From positions 1-30,597 of IMG/VR virus record IMGVR_UViG_3300020471_000032: DNA of 30,597 bases. One strand, 5' to 3'. The DNA is from a virus (lineage: Duplodnaviria; Caudoviricetes). Under the pieces are notes generated by a model, which ran no database searches, was not told the DNA's origin, and saw only the letters and a program-made list of their open reading frames with translations. Below, piece by piece: positions 1 through 9,800 of this stretch. A program made the translations under genes and the position numbers. How positions within the stretch are numbered: position 1 is the stretch's first letter; every line of letters begins with the position of its first letter.

Positions 1-90
1 AACATACTTGTATGTAAAAAAACCACCGCCTAGTATTCCCAAAACTAAGACAGTAGTTAAAATTGTTAAAGCATCAAGAATTTTTCGCAT
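1..90 (-). CDS. Small membrane protein, truncated by the window edge; not in the ORF track
   Basis: Read manually: ATG at 90-88 gives MRKILDALTILTTVLVLGILGGGFFTYKYV, open to base 1. Basic N-terminus plus one hydrophobic helix; same strand as the late module; resembles small membrane proteins of marine cyanophages. Confidence 0.7.
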   Translation of the reverse strand, partial: MRKILDALTILTTVLVLGILGGGFFTYKYV

Positions 91-229
91 GATTAAGTAC
101 CAGATAATACGAGCTTGCTCACTAATGAGCTTAGTCGTTCTGCTTCTTATAGTAGCAATCAGCCCTCTTTACGTCACTATGGGTTTAATGACTAGACAAA
201 TGCAAGATAAGATTAATGAAAATAATTGA
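89..229 (+). CDS. Small hypothetical membrane protein (46 aa from ATG 89)
   Basis: MIKYQIIRACSLMSLVVLLLIVAISPLYVTMGLMTRQMQDKINENN has one TM-like stretch. The track start at 8 is non-ATG and antisense to the minus-strand gene. The stop overlaps the start of the oxygenase gene. Confidence 0.5.
   Translation: MIKYQIIRACSLMSLVVLLLIVAISPLYVTMGLMTRQMQDKINENN
149..177 (-). promoter_or_regulatory. Possible sigma70-like promoter for the minus-strand ORF starting at 90
   Basis: Minus strand reads GTGACG-N17-TACTAT about 60 nt upstream of the ATG; partly resembles the repeated GTGACCGTAA motif. Confidence 0.35.
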
Positions 230-731
230 AAACTTTATTTCAAATAAAGAAGCAAAAACAATAAAAAATTATATATTTAATAACGAAAAAAAAATAAAAG
301 ATATGGGGCCTGACTTATATCCGGGTACAGAAAACAATTCTCTTACTGGTCGTTGGTATTTATATAATTGGTTAACTTCAAAAACGTGCGGTTCTATATT
401 AATACCAAAATTAAAAAAAGAACTTCCTAATTTAAACATAAGATTATGGGCAAACATTTTTAGGAAAGGCGAAGGAATAAGATTACATAACCATGGTAAA
501 ACTATAAAACTTTCTGGTAATTTATATCTTGATGGGCCAGAAGACAGCAAAACTTATTACGAAGGAGAACCAGTACATAATAAAATTGGTACGCTTACTA
601 TTTTTGACCCATTAATTAACCATTGGGTATACCCTAATGAAAGTGATACACCAAGAGTCAGCATGGCATTTGATACGATAGATATTATTCAAAAAGATGA
701 TTGGTCTTCACATACTTTTATTCGCCTTTAG
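216..731 (+). CDS. Putative 2OG-Fe(II) oxygenase (cyanophage TIGR02466-like)
   Basis: WANIFRKGE..HNH..LSGNLYL..GTLTIFDPLINHWVYPN..RVSMAFD: HxH...H metal triad, RxS 2-oxoglutarate motif and DSBH pattern. Confidence 0.85.
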   Translation: MKIIENFISNKEAKTIKNYIFNNEKKIKDMGPDLYPGTENNSLTGRWYLYNWLTSKTCGSILIPKLKKELPNLNIRLWANIFRKGEGIRLHNHGKTIKLSGNLYLDGPEDSKTYYEGEPVHNKIGTLTIFDPLINHWVYPNESDTPRVSMAFDTIDIIQKDDWSSHTFIRL

Positions 732-1089
732 CTTTGTCATTTATAAATTTCTCTGTTAAATAAAACATCCATTTACCATCAATAGTTGCTGTTTTAGAAA
801 AACAATCTTGAACCCAAGAATCATAATCTTCTTTATTTAATTTTGCTAAAGATTCTGATGTACTAATTGATACTAATAACACTTCTTTTGCAACTAAACT
901 ATCTATAATAGTTTTTGCTTCTTCTTCAGTAAAACCTGCATCAAGTACATCTTGTGCAATAAATGCAAAATATTTATAATTGTTATCTTCTATATTTAAA
1001 TAACCTTTTGTGGAATCTGTAAATTTAGAAAAATCTAAACTACCACATGAAGCTACTTTAAGTTCATCTGCTGTTAAGGTAAAACTCAT
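718..1089 (-). CDS. Hypothetical protein downstream of the adhesin
   Basis: 123-aa ORF with ATGA overlap on the upstream stop (translational coupling); no family recognised. Confidence 0.75.
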   Translation of the reverse strand: MSFTLTADELKVASCGSLDFSKFTDSTKGYLNIEDNNYKYFAFIAQDVLDAGFTEEEAKTIIDSLVAKEVLLVSISTSESLAKLNKEDYDSWVQDCFSKTATIDGKWMFYLTEKFINDKAKGE

Positions 1090-2012
1090 GGTGCATTTCC
1101 TTGTAAAGTTCCAGAATTACTCAATGTATAACTAACGCCTGATAATTGAATGTATTTACCAGCAGGCCCACCATTACTACCACCATTGCCTCCGTTGCCT
1201 CCAGCATTACCATAAGTACCACCATTACCTCCATTGCCACCAGTACCTCCGTCTTGATAAACTCCGCTATTGTTACACTCAAATGTAGATGGGCCAGCAC
1301 CGGGGCTTTGTGGATATAAATATGCTAAATAAGCTGCTTTAGAAGTACCGCCAGCACCGCCAGCACCGTTTGATTGAGATTGGTCGTAACCTTGTCCGTT
1401 ACCACCGTTACCACCAGCACCTCCAGTACCACCAGCACAATAAAAAAAATTGTTAATAGTTTCACTTGCACCGTTTGCACCGTCAGCACCTTTACCACCA
1501 CCACCACCGCCACCACGGATAGTTCCTGTGTTGGTTACGGTTACATTAGAAGAGGCAATAAAAAGAGCAGTTCCTCCAGTACCACCAGCACTAGATGTAG
1601 ATGTACTTCCATCACCACCAGCACCTGATAGGGTTCCAGCATTTTGTATAGTTAAAGTACCACCCATACCAGAAGGTACTTGTAGTGCATAATTAGATAA
1701 AGATGTAGCTCCAATATGAACACCACTACTAATAATTAAAAGTTTAGGAATACCAGAAGTAAAGTTAGAGCCAAATAAAGTGGATACGTTTTGGTTAGTG
1801 GCATTAGAACTTACGGTTACAGAAACTTGATTAGCAGCACCATAAAAATTACTAAAAGATATTTCACCGCTTGAAGGTACATTAGGCGCACCTCCTGATG
1901 TTACCCCTGCACTACCGCCAGCATAAAATTCAGATAAAGAATGAGGTTGAGAATCTCCAAATTCAGCAGCAATTTGAGCAAAAGTAATTGTTCCAGAGCT
2001 TTGTAATGGCAT
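1086..2012 (-). CDS. Glycine-rich tail-fibre tip adhesin (T-even gp38-like)
   Basis: N-terminal MPLQSSGTITFAQIAAEFG..HSLSEFY..SGEISFSNFYG module; IQNAGTLSGAGG / NTGTIRGGGGGGG and GGNGGNGG polyglycine repeats; directly follows an S74-chaperone fibre. Confidence 0.75.
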   Translation of the reverse strand: MPLQSSGTITFAQIAAEFGDSQPHSLSEFYAGGSAGVTSGGAPNVPSSGEISFSNFYGAANQVSVTVSSNATNQNVSTLFGSNFTSGIPKLLIISSGVHIGATSLSNYALQVPSGMGGTLTIQNAGTLSGAGGDGSTSTSSAGGTGGTALFIASSNVTVTNTGTIRGGGGGGGKGADGANGASETINNFFYCAGGTGGAGGNGGNGQGYDQSQSNGAGGAGGTSKAAYLAYLYPQSPGAGPSTFECNNSGVYQDGGTGGNGGNGGTYGNAGGNGGNGGSNGGPAGKYIQLSGVSYTLSNSGTLQGNAP

Positions 2013-3343
2013 TAGCTATCTCCTTTTAATGCGTCTACTTCTGCTTTAAGTTCGTTTACTGCGTTTATAAGAACAGAAACCAATCTTCCATAATCAACTG
2101 TTTTAATGCCATCTTCAGTTTCTTTTATAACTTCTGGTACTACTGCTTCTACTTCTTGTGCTATTACACCAATGTCTTCTTGTTCATTACTTATCCATTT
2201 GTAAGTAACACCACGCAATTTACCTACAATTCCTAGAGCATCATTAATTGTAGATACTTCTTTTTTTAATGTTGCGTCAGAATATGCAGTTACATTACCT
2301 GATGATGTAAGACTAGTACAGTTAACTGTTCCAAAAGAAACGTTGCTACTAGTGTTTGTAGCTTGGTTAGAACTATAAGTTGTATATCCAGCACCGTTAG
2401 TAATGTTGCTGTTATTAAGAGTTATGTTTCCTGTACCATCAAAACTAGTTCCTGAAATAGTCCTAGCCGTAAGAAGTTTAGTCGCTGTAGCAGCATTACC
2501 AGTACAAGACCCTGACGATCCAGTTGTGTTTTGGTTTAATGTTGGAACTCTCGCAGCTGGTATAGTTCCAGATGTTAAAAGACTTGCGGAATGATTTGGA
2601 AGTCTTGCTGCTGGTATAGTTCCAGTGTTTAAATTAGAAGCATTACCCGCAGTAAATCCACCAGATGTTCCTGTTGTATTTTGGTTAAGAGTAGGAACTC
2701 TAGCTGATGCTATGGTTCCAGACGCAATATTAGATGCGTTTAAACTTGTTAAAGATGAACCATTACCTGAGAAAGTTGCTGCTGAAATTTGATTACCGTT
2801 TGAAATATTTTGGCTGTTTAAATTGATTGAGCCACTCATTGTACCGCCTGCTAAAGGCAATTTAGTAGCAATACTATTTGTAACTGTTGTTGAAAAGTTA
2901 GAATCATCACCAAGTGCTGCTGCTAATTCATTAAGTGTATTTAATGCACCCGGAGCGGAATCAACTAAATTTGAAATTGCTGTAGTTGTATAAGCTGTTG
3001 TTGCAACTTTTGTAGAATTATCACTTGCTGATTGTGTAGTTGCAGTAACCCCACTTACTAATGTTCCACTTATAGTACCTGTCGTGACTATATTTTGACT
3101 ACCAAAATTAGGAGAAATTTTTGTACCAGCTATTGCAGCAGATGCGTTAATGTCTGCGTTGTCTATTGTACCTGCTGGTAAATTAGACATGTCTTCTCTT
3201 AAAAGCGTATGCCCAGTAGCAGTGCTGCCGTCATGTACAACTAATGTATCTTTAGTTGTGTCTACAGTTACTTCACCTTCTGCTCCAGTAAAGCCATTGT
3301 GATCTGAAGTTGAACCTCTTCTCAGTTTTAAAAGTTTAGCCAT
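2012..3343 (-). CDS. Tail fibre with Mtd_N-like N-terminus and C-terminal Peptidase_S74 intramolecular chaperone
   Basis: N-terminus LKLRRG..FTGAEGEVTVDT..VHDGST; APGALNTLNELAAALGDD fibre motif; C-terminus YSDATLK..GVIAQEVEAVVPE..VDYGRL..AVNEL coiled coil. Confidence 0.9.
   Translation of the reverse strand: MAKLLKLRRGSTSDHNGFTGAEGEVTVDTTKDTLVVHDGSTATGHTLLREDMSNLPAGTIDNADINASAAIAGTKISPNFGSQNIVTTGTISGTLVSGVTATTQSASDNSTKVATTAYTTTAISNLVDSAPGALNTLNELAAALGDDSNFSTTVTNSIATKLPLAGGTMSGSINLNSQNISNGNQISAATFSGNGSSLTSLNASNIASGTIASARVPTLNQNTTGTSGGFTAGNASNLNTGTIPAARLPNHSASLLTSGTIPAARVPTLNQNTTGSSGSCTGNAATATKLLTARTISGTSFDGTGNITLNNSNITNGAGYTTYSSNQATNTSSNVSFGTVNCTSLTSSGNVTAYSDATLKKEVSTINDALGIVGKLRGVTYKWISNEQEDIGVIAQEVEAVVPEVIKETEDGIKTVDYGRLVSVLINAVNELKAEVDALKGDS
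2510..2745 (-). repeat. Three imperfect protein-level repeats in the fibre shaft
   Basis: NASNIASGTIASARVPTLNQNTTG, NASNLNTGTIPAARLP and SASLLTSGTIPAARVPTLNQNTTG. Confidence 0.8.
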
Positions 3344-6300
3344 TTAAATAGTACCAAAATCGAGTTGTAAATTAGCACCACTTATAGTGCCTATGTTTGT
3401 CAGGTCGTTGTTTTGACCATCTAAATCTCCTGCTAATTGAGGAGTAGTATCAACAACCAAATCTGTATTTACATTTCCAATGGCTGTTGTTACATATGCA
3501 GTAGTTGCTATTTTTGTAGTATTGTCGGAAGCACTCTGAGTAGTTGCAGTTACACCGTTAGTCAGTACTCCAGAACTAGATGTTAGGCCACCAAATAATG
3601 TGTCTCTAGTTGCTACGTCTACACCGTCAACTGTGCCTGATACCGTGATGTTTCCTGTAACTGCTGCACCTGCTTGAAGTGTTTGTAATCCACTAAATGT
3701 GTTAGTGCCTAAACCAGCTAAATTTCCTGATGCTGTAACGCCACCTTGCCAAGTAGAACCGTTATATACTCTTAATTCATTAGATGTGGTATTAAAATAA
3801 AGATCTCCTTGATCGTTATTAGTTGATGGATCAGAACTATCTATACGATATAAATTTGCAAAATTATTAATATTTGTAAGATTACTTGCAGCAGTATTAA
3901 TGTTAGTAATATTAGTTGCAGCAGTGTTTACGTTTGCAATTGAACCACTAACTGTCGTTACGTTAGCGTTGTTACCAGCAACTGCATTAATATTAGTTGC
4001 ATTAGACACAACAGCATTTATATTAGATTCGTTACTGACAGCAGAGTTTATATTTGATGCGTTAGATACAGCAGCATTAATATTTGTCGCATTGTTATGA
4101 ACAGCATTAACGTTAGAAATGTTAGTTCCTACGCTATTTACATTTGCAATGTTAGTTGCAACTGTGTCTATTTCAGACGTGCTTTCGTTAAGGTCATCAG
4201 CAACAGTAATTATTTTTGCTATATTTGTCGCATTTGTATCCATGTTGGTTACATTTGCAGTTGTAGCTAATGTGTTCATGTCTGCTACTACATCAGTAGT
4301 GCCAAGTATTGCCATATCAGCTACAGCATCAACAGTACCTAATCTTCCAACTTCTGTAATTTTTCCAGCTACAGCATTAATATTGGCAGCGTTTGCTGCA
4401 ACTTGTCCAACGTTTGTGTTTCCACTAGCTACCGCAAGTATATTAGTTATATTGTCAGATACTGTTTTTATTGGATCATCTTTAACAGTGATAGTGTTAC
4501 CCATTCCACTATGTTGTGTGCAATAGTATGCAAATGTAGTTGGCTGTGTTTCTGGTACAACAAGTTGTACTTTTGCACCTGCTTGACCTTGTGTTCCAGT
4601 AACAACTACTCCAGTGTTGTATGCACTACCGCCACTAGAAAAACGTAATGGATGTGTAGCATTAGAAGCATCGCTCACATCAAATGTATAAGTCCAACCT
4701 TTATATAAAGTTAATGCAGGTTTATCAACACCATCAATTATAAATTTGCCAGTAGCTGCTGTAACTGTAAATGTTATTTCATCTTCTAATGCGTCAGCAA
4801 CAATATCTAAAGAACCGTTAGAAGTGCCTGTAGCAACTGCATCAGTTATTAAACCTAAATCTTCTGAATATGTTATTGCACCAGAAACAATAGATATATC
4901 ATCCAGTACAGTTTGTGTTGGAGATATATTGTTCCAATTAGTGCCATCGTAAACTCTTAAGTTATCGTTGCTGTTGTCAAACCATAAATCACCTTCTTGT
5001 AAACCTGAACCATCTGCTCTTTGACTTGGCGGACTATTTGATATTTGATATATATCTGCAAAGTTATTTATGTCAGCTACGTTTACACCTGCTGCCACAA
5101 CATTAGTAATATTATTACCAACTGTATTTACGTTTGATATAGAACCTGCAACTGTAGTTATATTGCTTGCATTAGAAACTGCACTATTGATATTAGTTGC
5201 ATTGCTAACAGCAGAGTTTATGTTGCTTGCATTAGAAACTGCTGCGTTTATATTTGTAGCGTTACCAGCGACATCCGTAACATTTGAACTAATACCTGCA
5301 ACTGTAGTTACATCAGACGAGATTCCAGCAACGGTTGTAACGTTTGCATTATTACCTCCAACTGTATTTACGTTACTGATATTTCCAGCAACAGTATTGA
5401 CATTATTAATAGAGCCAGCAGTAGTATTAACGTTTGCAATACTGCCTGAAACATTGCCTATATCTGTACCATCGTTTGCGACAGTTGTTACATCCGAAGA
5501 AATGCCAGCAACTGTGGTTACATTGCCACTTATACCGGCAACTGTATTTATGTTTGTGGCGTTACTAACGGCAGAATTAATGTTACTTGCGTTTGATACT
5601 GCACTATTAATATTGGTTTCGTTACCAGCTACCGCATTAACATTAGAAATATTACCGCCAACAGTGTTAACATTACTAATACTTCCGGCAACAATATTTG
5701 TATTAGTTAGGTTTGTACCAGTTATATTTAAATCTAACCAATTAGTATTACCAAGGTCATATACCCTCATAATATTTGAGGTTGTATTAAAATATAAAGC
5801 TCCATCTATTAATGCATTACCGTCATTGTCTAATGAAGGATTAGAATTTTTAGCACCTAAATATCTATCATCAAAAGAATCTAATGCAGTTTCTGCTGCT
5901 GCTTGTGCTGCTTGTGCTGCATTTTTATGATTGTTTGCATTCGTTTCTGACGTAGATGCTGCCGAAGCAGATGACGCTGCTGCGCTTTGCGAAGATGCTG
6001 CTGCGCTTGCACTATTAGCCGATGCTGTTGCAGAGTTTGCAGAATTTGTTGCGGACGTAGCTGCGTTGTTTGCAGATGTCGTAGCTGCTAATGCGTCTAC
6101 AATAAGATCCCAGTTGGCAGCATTAGTATTAGTTGTTAAGGGTTCTGATCCAGAGGATGTATGCGCTAAATTGCACATAAAAACATTATTGGTAGTTGTA
6201 TCTTTTACAAGATCTCTTACCGCATAAGATCTACCAGCTGCCCAATCACCTCTATATGTTCCTATCTCTTGTTGAACAGTAAAGTCACCGTCATTATTAA

Positions 6301-6790
6301 ATGATAAAACTTTATTTTTACGAGCATCAACACTTTCTGTAATTTCTGAATTACTAATAGTATTTGTTAATGAAAATTTTATAGATCTATCTAATTCGTT
6401 TTGTTGCTGTTGATGTAAAATTGCTGATTTATCTAGTGCATCATTAATAACTTCTGGATAAAATCCACCTTGGTTTGTAAGATCTGTTCCTTGTAATGAT
6501 TGAACATTAGATGTAATAACAATTTGAAATCCACTAGGTAAATTAAAATTATTACCACCTGATTTTAAAGTTATGCTTCCACCGGGATTACCGTTTTGAT
6601 CATTGCTAAGTGTAACTATATAATCATTGTTTACGCCAAGTGTTAATGTAGTCTCCACACTTGTTGCTACTTCTAATTTTTTTACAACTATTTCAGAATC
6701 TTCAAATACTTTAAAACCAAACGGATATGTATGAGCATTACCATTCCCAACAAAATTTTGTGTTTTTCTTGTAGTCGAATTTATTGTCAT
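3344..6790 (-). CDS. Long tail fibre protein (1148 aa)
   Basis: Podovirus-type anchor (GNGNAHTYPFGFKVF..TDLTNQGGFYPEVINDALD); CBM-like WAAGRSY module; Ala-rich coil; about 10-aa NINAVAGN repeats; three G(A/D)L(Y/W)F..RVY.G..W knob motifs; cupredoxin-like insert. Confidence 0.9.
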   Translation of the reverse strand: MTINSTTRKTQNFVGNGNAHTYPFGFKVFEDSEIVVKKLEVATSVETTLTLGVNNDYIVTLSNDQNGNPGGSITLKSGGNNFNLPSGFQIVITSNVQSLQGTDLTNQGGFYPEVINDALDKSAILHQQQQNELDRSIKFSLTNTISNSEITESVDARKNKVLSFNNDGDFTVQQEIGTYRGDWAAGRSYAVRDLVKDTTTNNVFMCNLAHTSSGSEPLTTNTNAANWDLIVDALAATTSANNAATSATNSANSATASANSASAAASSQSAAASSASAASTSETNANNHKNAAQAAQAAAETALDSFDDRYLGAKNSNPSLDNDGNALIDGALYFNTTSNIMRVYDLGNTNWLDLNITGTNLTNTNIVAGSISNVNTVGGNISNVNAVAGNETNINSAVSNASNINSAVSNATNINTVAGISGNVTTVAGISSDVTTVANDGTDIGNVSGSIANVNTTAGSINNVNTVAGNISNVNTVGGNNANVTTVAGISSDVTTVAGISSNVTDVAGNATNINAAVSNASNINSAVSNATNINSAVSNASNITTVAGSISNVNTVGNNITNVVAAGVNVADINNFADIYQISNSPPSQRADGSGLQEGDLWFDNSNDNLRVYDGTNWNNISPTQTVLDDISIVSGAITYSEDLGLITDAVATGTSNGSLDIVADALEDEITFTVTAATGKFIIDGVDKPALTLYKGWTYTFDVSDASNATHPLRFSSGGSAYNTGVVVTGTQGQAGAKVQLVVPETQPTTFAYYCTQHSGMGNTITVKDDPIKTVSDNITNILAVASGNTNVGQVAANAANINAVAGKITEVGRLGTVDAVADMAILGTTDVVADMNTLATTANVTNMDTNATNIAKIITVADDLNESTSEIDTVATNIANVNSVGTNISNVNAVHNNATNINAAVSNASNINSAVSNESNINAVVSNATNINAVAGNNANVTTVSGSIANVNTAATNITNINTAASNLTNINNFANLYRIDSSDPSTNNDQGDLYFNTTSNELRVYNGSTWQGGVTASGNLAGLGTNTFSGLQTLQAGAAVTGNITVSGTVDGVDVATRDTLFGGLTSSSGVLTNGVTATTQSASDNTTKIATTAYVTTAIGNVNTDLVVDTTPQLAGDLDGQNNDLTNIGTISGANLQLDFGTI
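3860..4470 (-). repeat. Decapeptide (about 30-bp) imperfect repeat tract 2 of the tail fibre
   Basis: NINAAVSNAS / NINSAVSNES / NINAVVSNAT / NINAVAGNNA units. Confidence 0.8.
5070..5720 (-). repeat. Decapeptide (about 30-bp) imperfect repeat tract 1 of the tail fibre
   Basis: About 20 units such as NVNTVGGNIS, NINSAVSNAS and DVTTVAGISS. Confidence 0.85.
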
Positions 6791-6816
6791 TAATAGACAT
6801 TTTCACTATCTTATTA

Positions 6817-6850
6817 AAGTTAGCTTTACTTTTTCTTATTACGGTCACAC
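6817..6850 (-). promoter_or_regulatory. Putative phage late promoter (copy upstream of the tail fibre genes)
   Basis: GTGTGACCGTAA-N16-TAACTT in the intergenic gap. Confidence 0.7.
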
Positions 6851-6852
6851 CT

Positions 6853-9800
6853 TTAACGTCTTCCACGTTTACCTGTAATTAACCCTCTTATAAAGTCAAT
6901 TGGATTATCTGGTACTATTTCACCACGTTGTACGTCACGTAGATAACCTGCTGATTTGCCAAATGGTGTAATTGGTACACCAAAAGTTTGTGTAAGCATA
7001 CTAGATATATCTCTAATTTGTCTGCCAGTAATTTCTTCTCCTTTAACCAGTGTTTCTAAAAGTCTTGCCGTACCTCCTAATCCTTGTTCTATTGCTTGAA
7101 ATGAAGGACTAGATGTAATTGTGTCATCATAAGGCAAATCATTAAGTGCATTAATTGGTATTATTGCTGCTTGGCCAACAATTGGTATAAATGCAACTTT
7201 ATATTTTAATACGTCACCAAACACTGCTTCTGCTACATCGTCTAAATATCCATCATCATCATCATCGTTTAAATTACCACCTAATGATCTTGCAATTAAA
7301 CCTGCTACAACTGCTGGCATAAATACAGAATAAATATATGTGTAAAGCATTTGAGCACCTTGTTGTGATTTATTTTTAAAACCTATATCGTCTTGTATTA
7401 ATTTTTTAAATTGTGTTGCATTAAGGTTAGCCATTGTATTGAAATAACCAGTAAATTGTGTAATTGCTTGTACAATTGGTGTAGAGTTTTGAAACGCTGC
7501 TCTATCTTCTGGCAATAAACTATCTTGTGTTAAACGTACATTTGCATCTGCTTGTTTTATAGCTTCATCTAACACTTCTTCGTTAGTTAGTTCTGATCCT
7601 AGTTCTGCGTGAACTTGATTAAATGTTCCTAACCAAACAACAGCATCTACTTGATTTTGAAAAGTTTGCTGTAAAAAATATGCGTGTTTTGTAGACCAAT
7701 CTTTAAATTTTTGAAATTGGTTTGGATCAATAATTAATTCATTTAAACGACCTTGTATATCAAACATTTGGTTTCTTTGGCGATCTTCCATAAATGGCGA
7801 TGCACCTGCAATCATTTCTTGTATACCTTGCCTATCTTTTGTATAAGCAACTAATGCACCGTTTAAATATTTACCTTTTACTTTTAAATTTGCAGGGAAT
7901 ATACCTGTGTATTGTTGTATAGCGTTAGAAATGTTAGCAAACATAATACCTATACCTGCTCTTCTTCTTTGTGCCACTAACAACTTATCTATGTTTGGAT
8001 CTAGTCCAGAAGGTGTGAAAGTTGTTTGATTTGCAGCAGTTTGTAACCAAGGCAATATCATTTCTTTCATTACAGTTGGGTCTATTACTTCTAAAGTTTT
8101 TTCAAAATCTTTATGTTTTAAAATTTTTAAAGTATCTTTTAAAACTGGTTGAACATATGCAAAACGTAAAGAGTCATCTATATGTTTTGTCATGTATCCT
8201 AAATGCAATGACAATGGTGCTGCATAATTTTCAACACGACTTTTTGTCATGCCTTTTGGAGCAGAAGGTAATGAATTTTTAAACTGTAATTTTGTTGTTT
8301 CTATAGCTTGATCTACTGGTTGATCTACCATTAACGGATCAGTTTTTGCAGGTACATATCCACCTCTGTATGTGCCAAATCTATTTGTTATTGGTGTAGC
8401 TTCAACTTCTTTAAAATAATATCCTTCTGTTTCTTTATGTGCTTTTTGTAAAAGCGGTTTCATTTTTTCATTTAAATCCCATACTGCTTGTAAAAAAACA
8501 TAATCATTTTCTGTAAGATGTCCTTCATTTATCATGCGTTCTACAAAAGTATCCCATCTTGTTGTATTTAAACTACCGTCTTCATTTAACTCACCCCATT
8601 TTCTACCAAGTAATAATTTTCTTAAATTACTTTTATTACCTGTGTGCAGCATTGCTCCAAGCAATTCCACCTTACCTCTAGCGTTTGAGTTTGTACCAAA
8701 ATCATAATTTAGTTCGCCAGAAAATATTGAATCATTACCAAAATCTACTTGTGCAATAAGATCTGAATATTCTTTAGTAAATATAAGTTGTTGCTCTCTA
8801 TATTTTGTTAAAGCATCTTTCATAGGAAACCATAAAGTGTTATAGAATTTGCCTAATTTACCTCCTTTTAATTCTAAAACTGTTGTACCTACGCTACCTT
8901 CTTTAACTTGATCTGCACCATCCATGCCATCTACCCAATGTTCCATACGTCTTAATTTTGCTTTAAATCCAAGCATCATTTTATAAATTTGATATTTAAA
9001 ACCTATTGCTTTTCTAGCTCCGGGCGGATTTTCTTGTCTTTCTTTTAATCGAGGACTTTTATTTATTTTTTCTTTCATATTATCTATAAGTGGTGTTGCT
9101 GCTTCTTCTACGCTTTGTAATTTACCTAACATTCTTACTTGCTCATCACGCAACGATTGATGCCACAACGATTGCACCATCTCATATACATAATCAAAAT
9201 CCTCAGTTGACAGATCTGTAAGTGATTTTTGATTATTGCTTGCCTGTAAATCAAGTATAATTGGTTCTATTTCTGCGTATAATTGTGGGTCGTATGTTTC
9301 TAATTTTTTTGTAAAATCATTAGGATTTTCTATTACTGGGCCAACACCGTAAGAAGACATAATAGCTCTAGCAGCGTTTACTAAATCTGTGTTTCTAGTG
9401 TTTGCTATTTTACTATCGCTTTTTTTAAATAATTTAGTAACAAAAAAACTTTTTGCTGCATCGTATCTCTTTTGTATATCTATTGCTGTTTTAGCTAATT
9501 GATTATTTAGTAATTGTGATCTTTTTGCTTCTAATGCAGCTTGACTGTCACCTTTTTTCATTGCAGCTTCAGCAGCTTTTAATGCTCTAGCTTCTGCTCT
9601 TGCAAATTCTGTTGGTCTAATTTCTGATAATTTTTTCTTTGCTAAAATATCTTCTGCAACTTGTTTAGCAGCAGCGAGTTGTAACCTAACTGGTTGCATA
9701 GATTTAGATAAAAAACGTAACTCAGCAGATATAAACCTTGCTCTAGCTTCGTTATGTATTGCTTCTTGTACTTTTAATTCTTGTTGTCTTGGATCTAAAA

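Noticed and set aside
1325-1692. Alternative-frame ORFs over the adhesin
   Set aside because: Val-, Thr- and Pro-rich by-products of GGT/GGC repeats.
1530-1822. Partial motif matches TGTAACCGTAA near 1535 and 1811
   Set aside because: Inside coding sequence (V-T-V codons), lack the leading GT/G and have no TAnnnT box at +16.
2012-3343. Diversity-generating retroelement, suggested by the BPP-1-like architecture and Mtd_N-like domain
   Set aside because: No reverse transcriptase, no adenine-mismatched TR/VR pair seen, and the fibre ends in an S74 chaperone rather than a C-type lectin domain.
3860-5720. About 30-bp periodic repeats as a CRISPR array
   Set aside because: They are in-frame degenerate decapeptide repeats with no constant repeat/unique spacer structure.
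3900-6227. Long + strand ORFs (e.g. 5070-5930, 4119-4526, 5931-6227)
   Set aside because: Antisense shadows of the Asn/Val/Ala/Thr repeat fibre; mostly non-ATG starts and no recognisable motifs.
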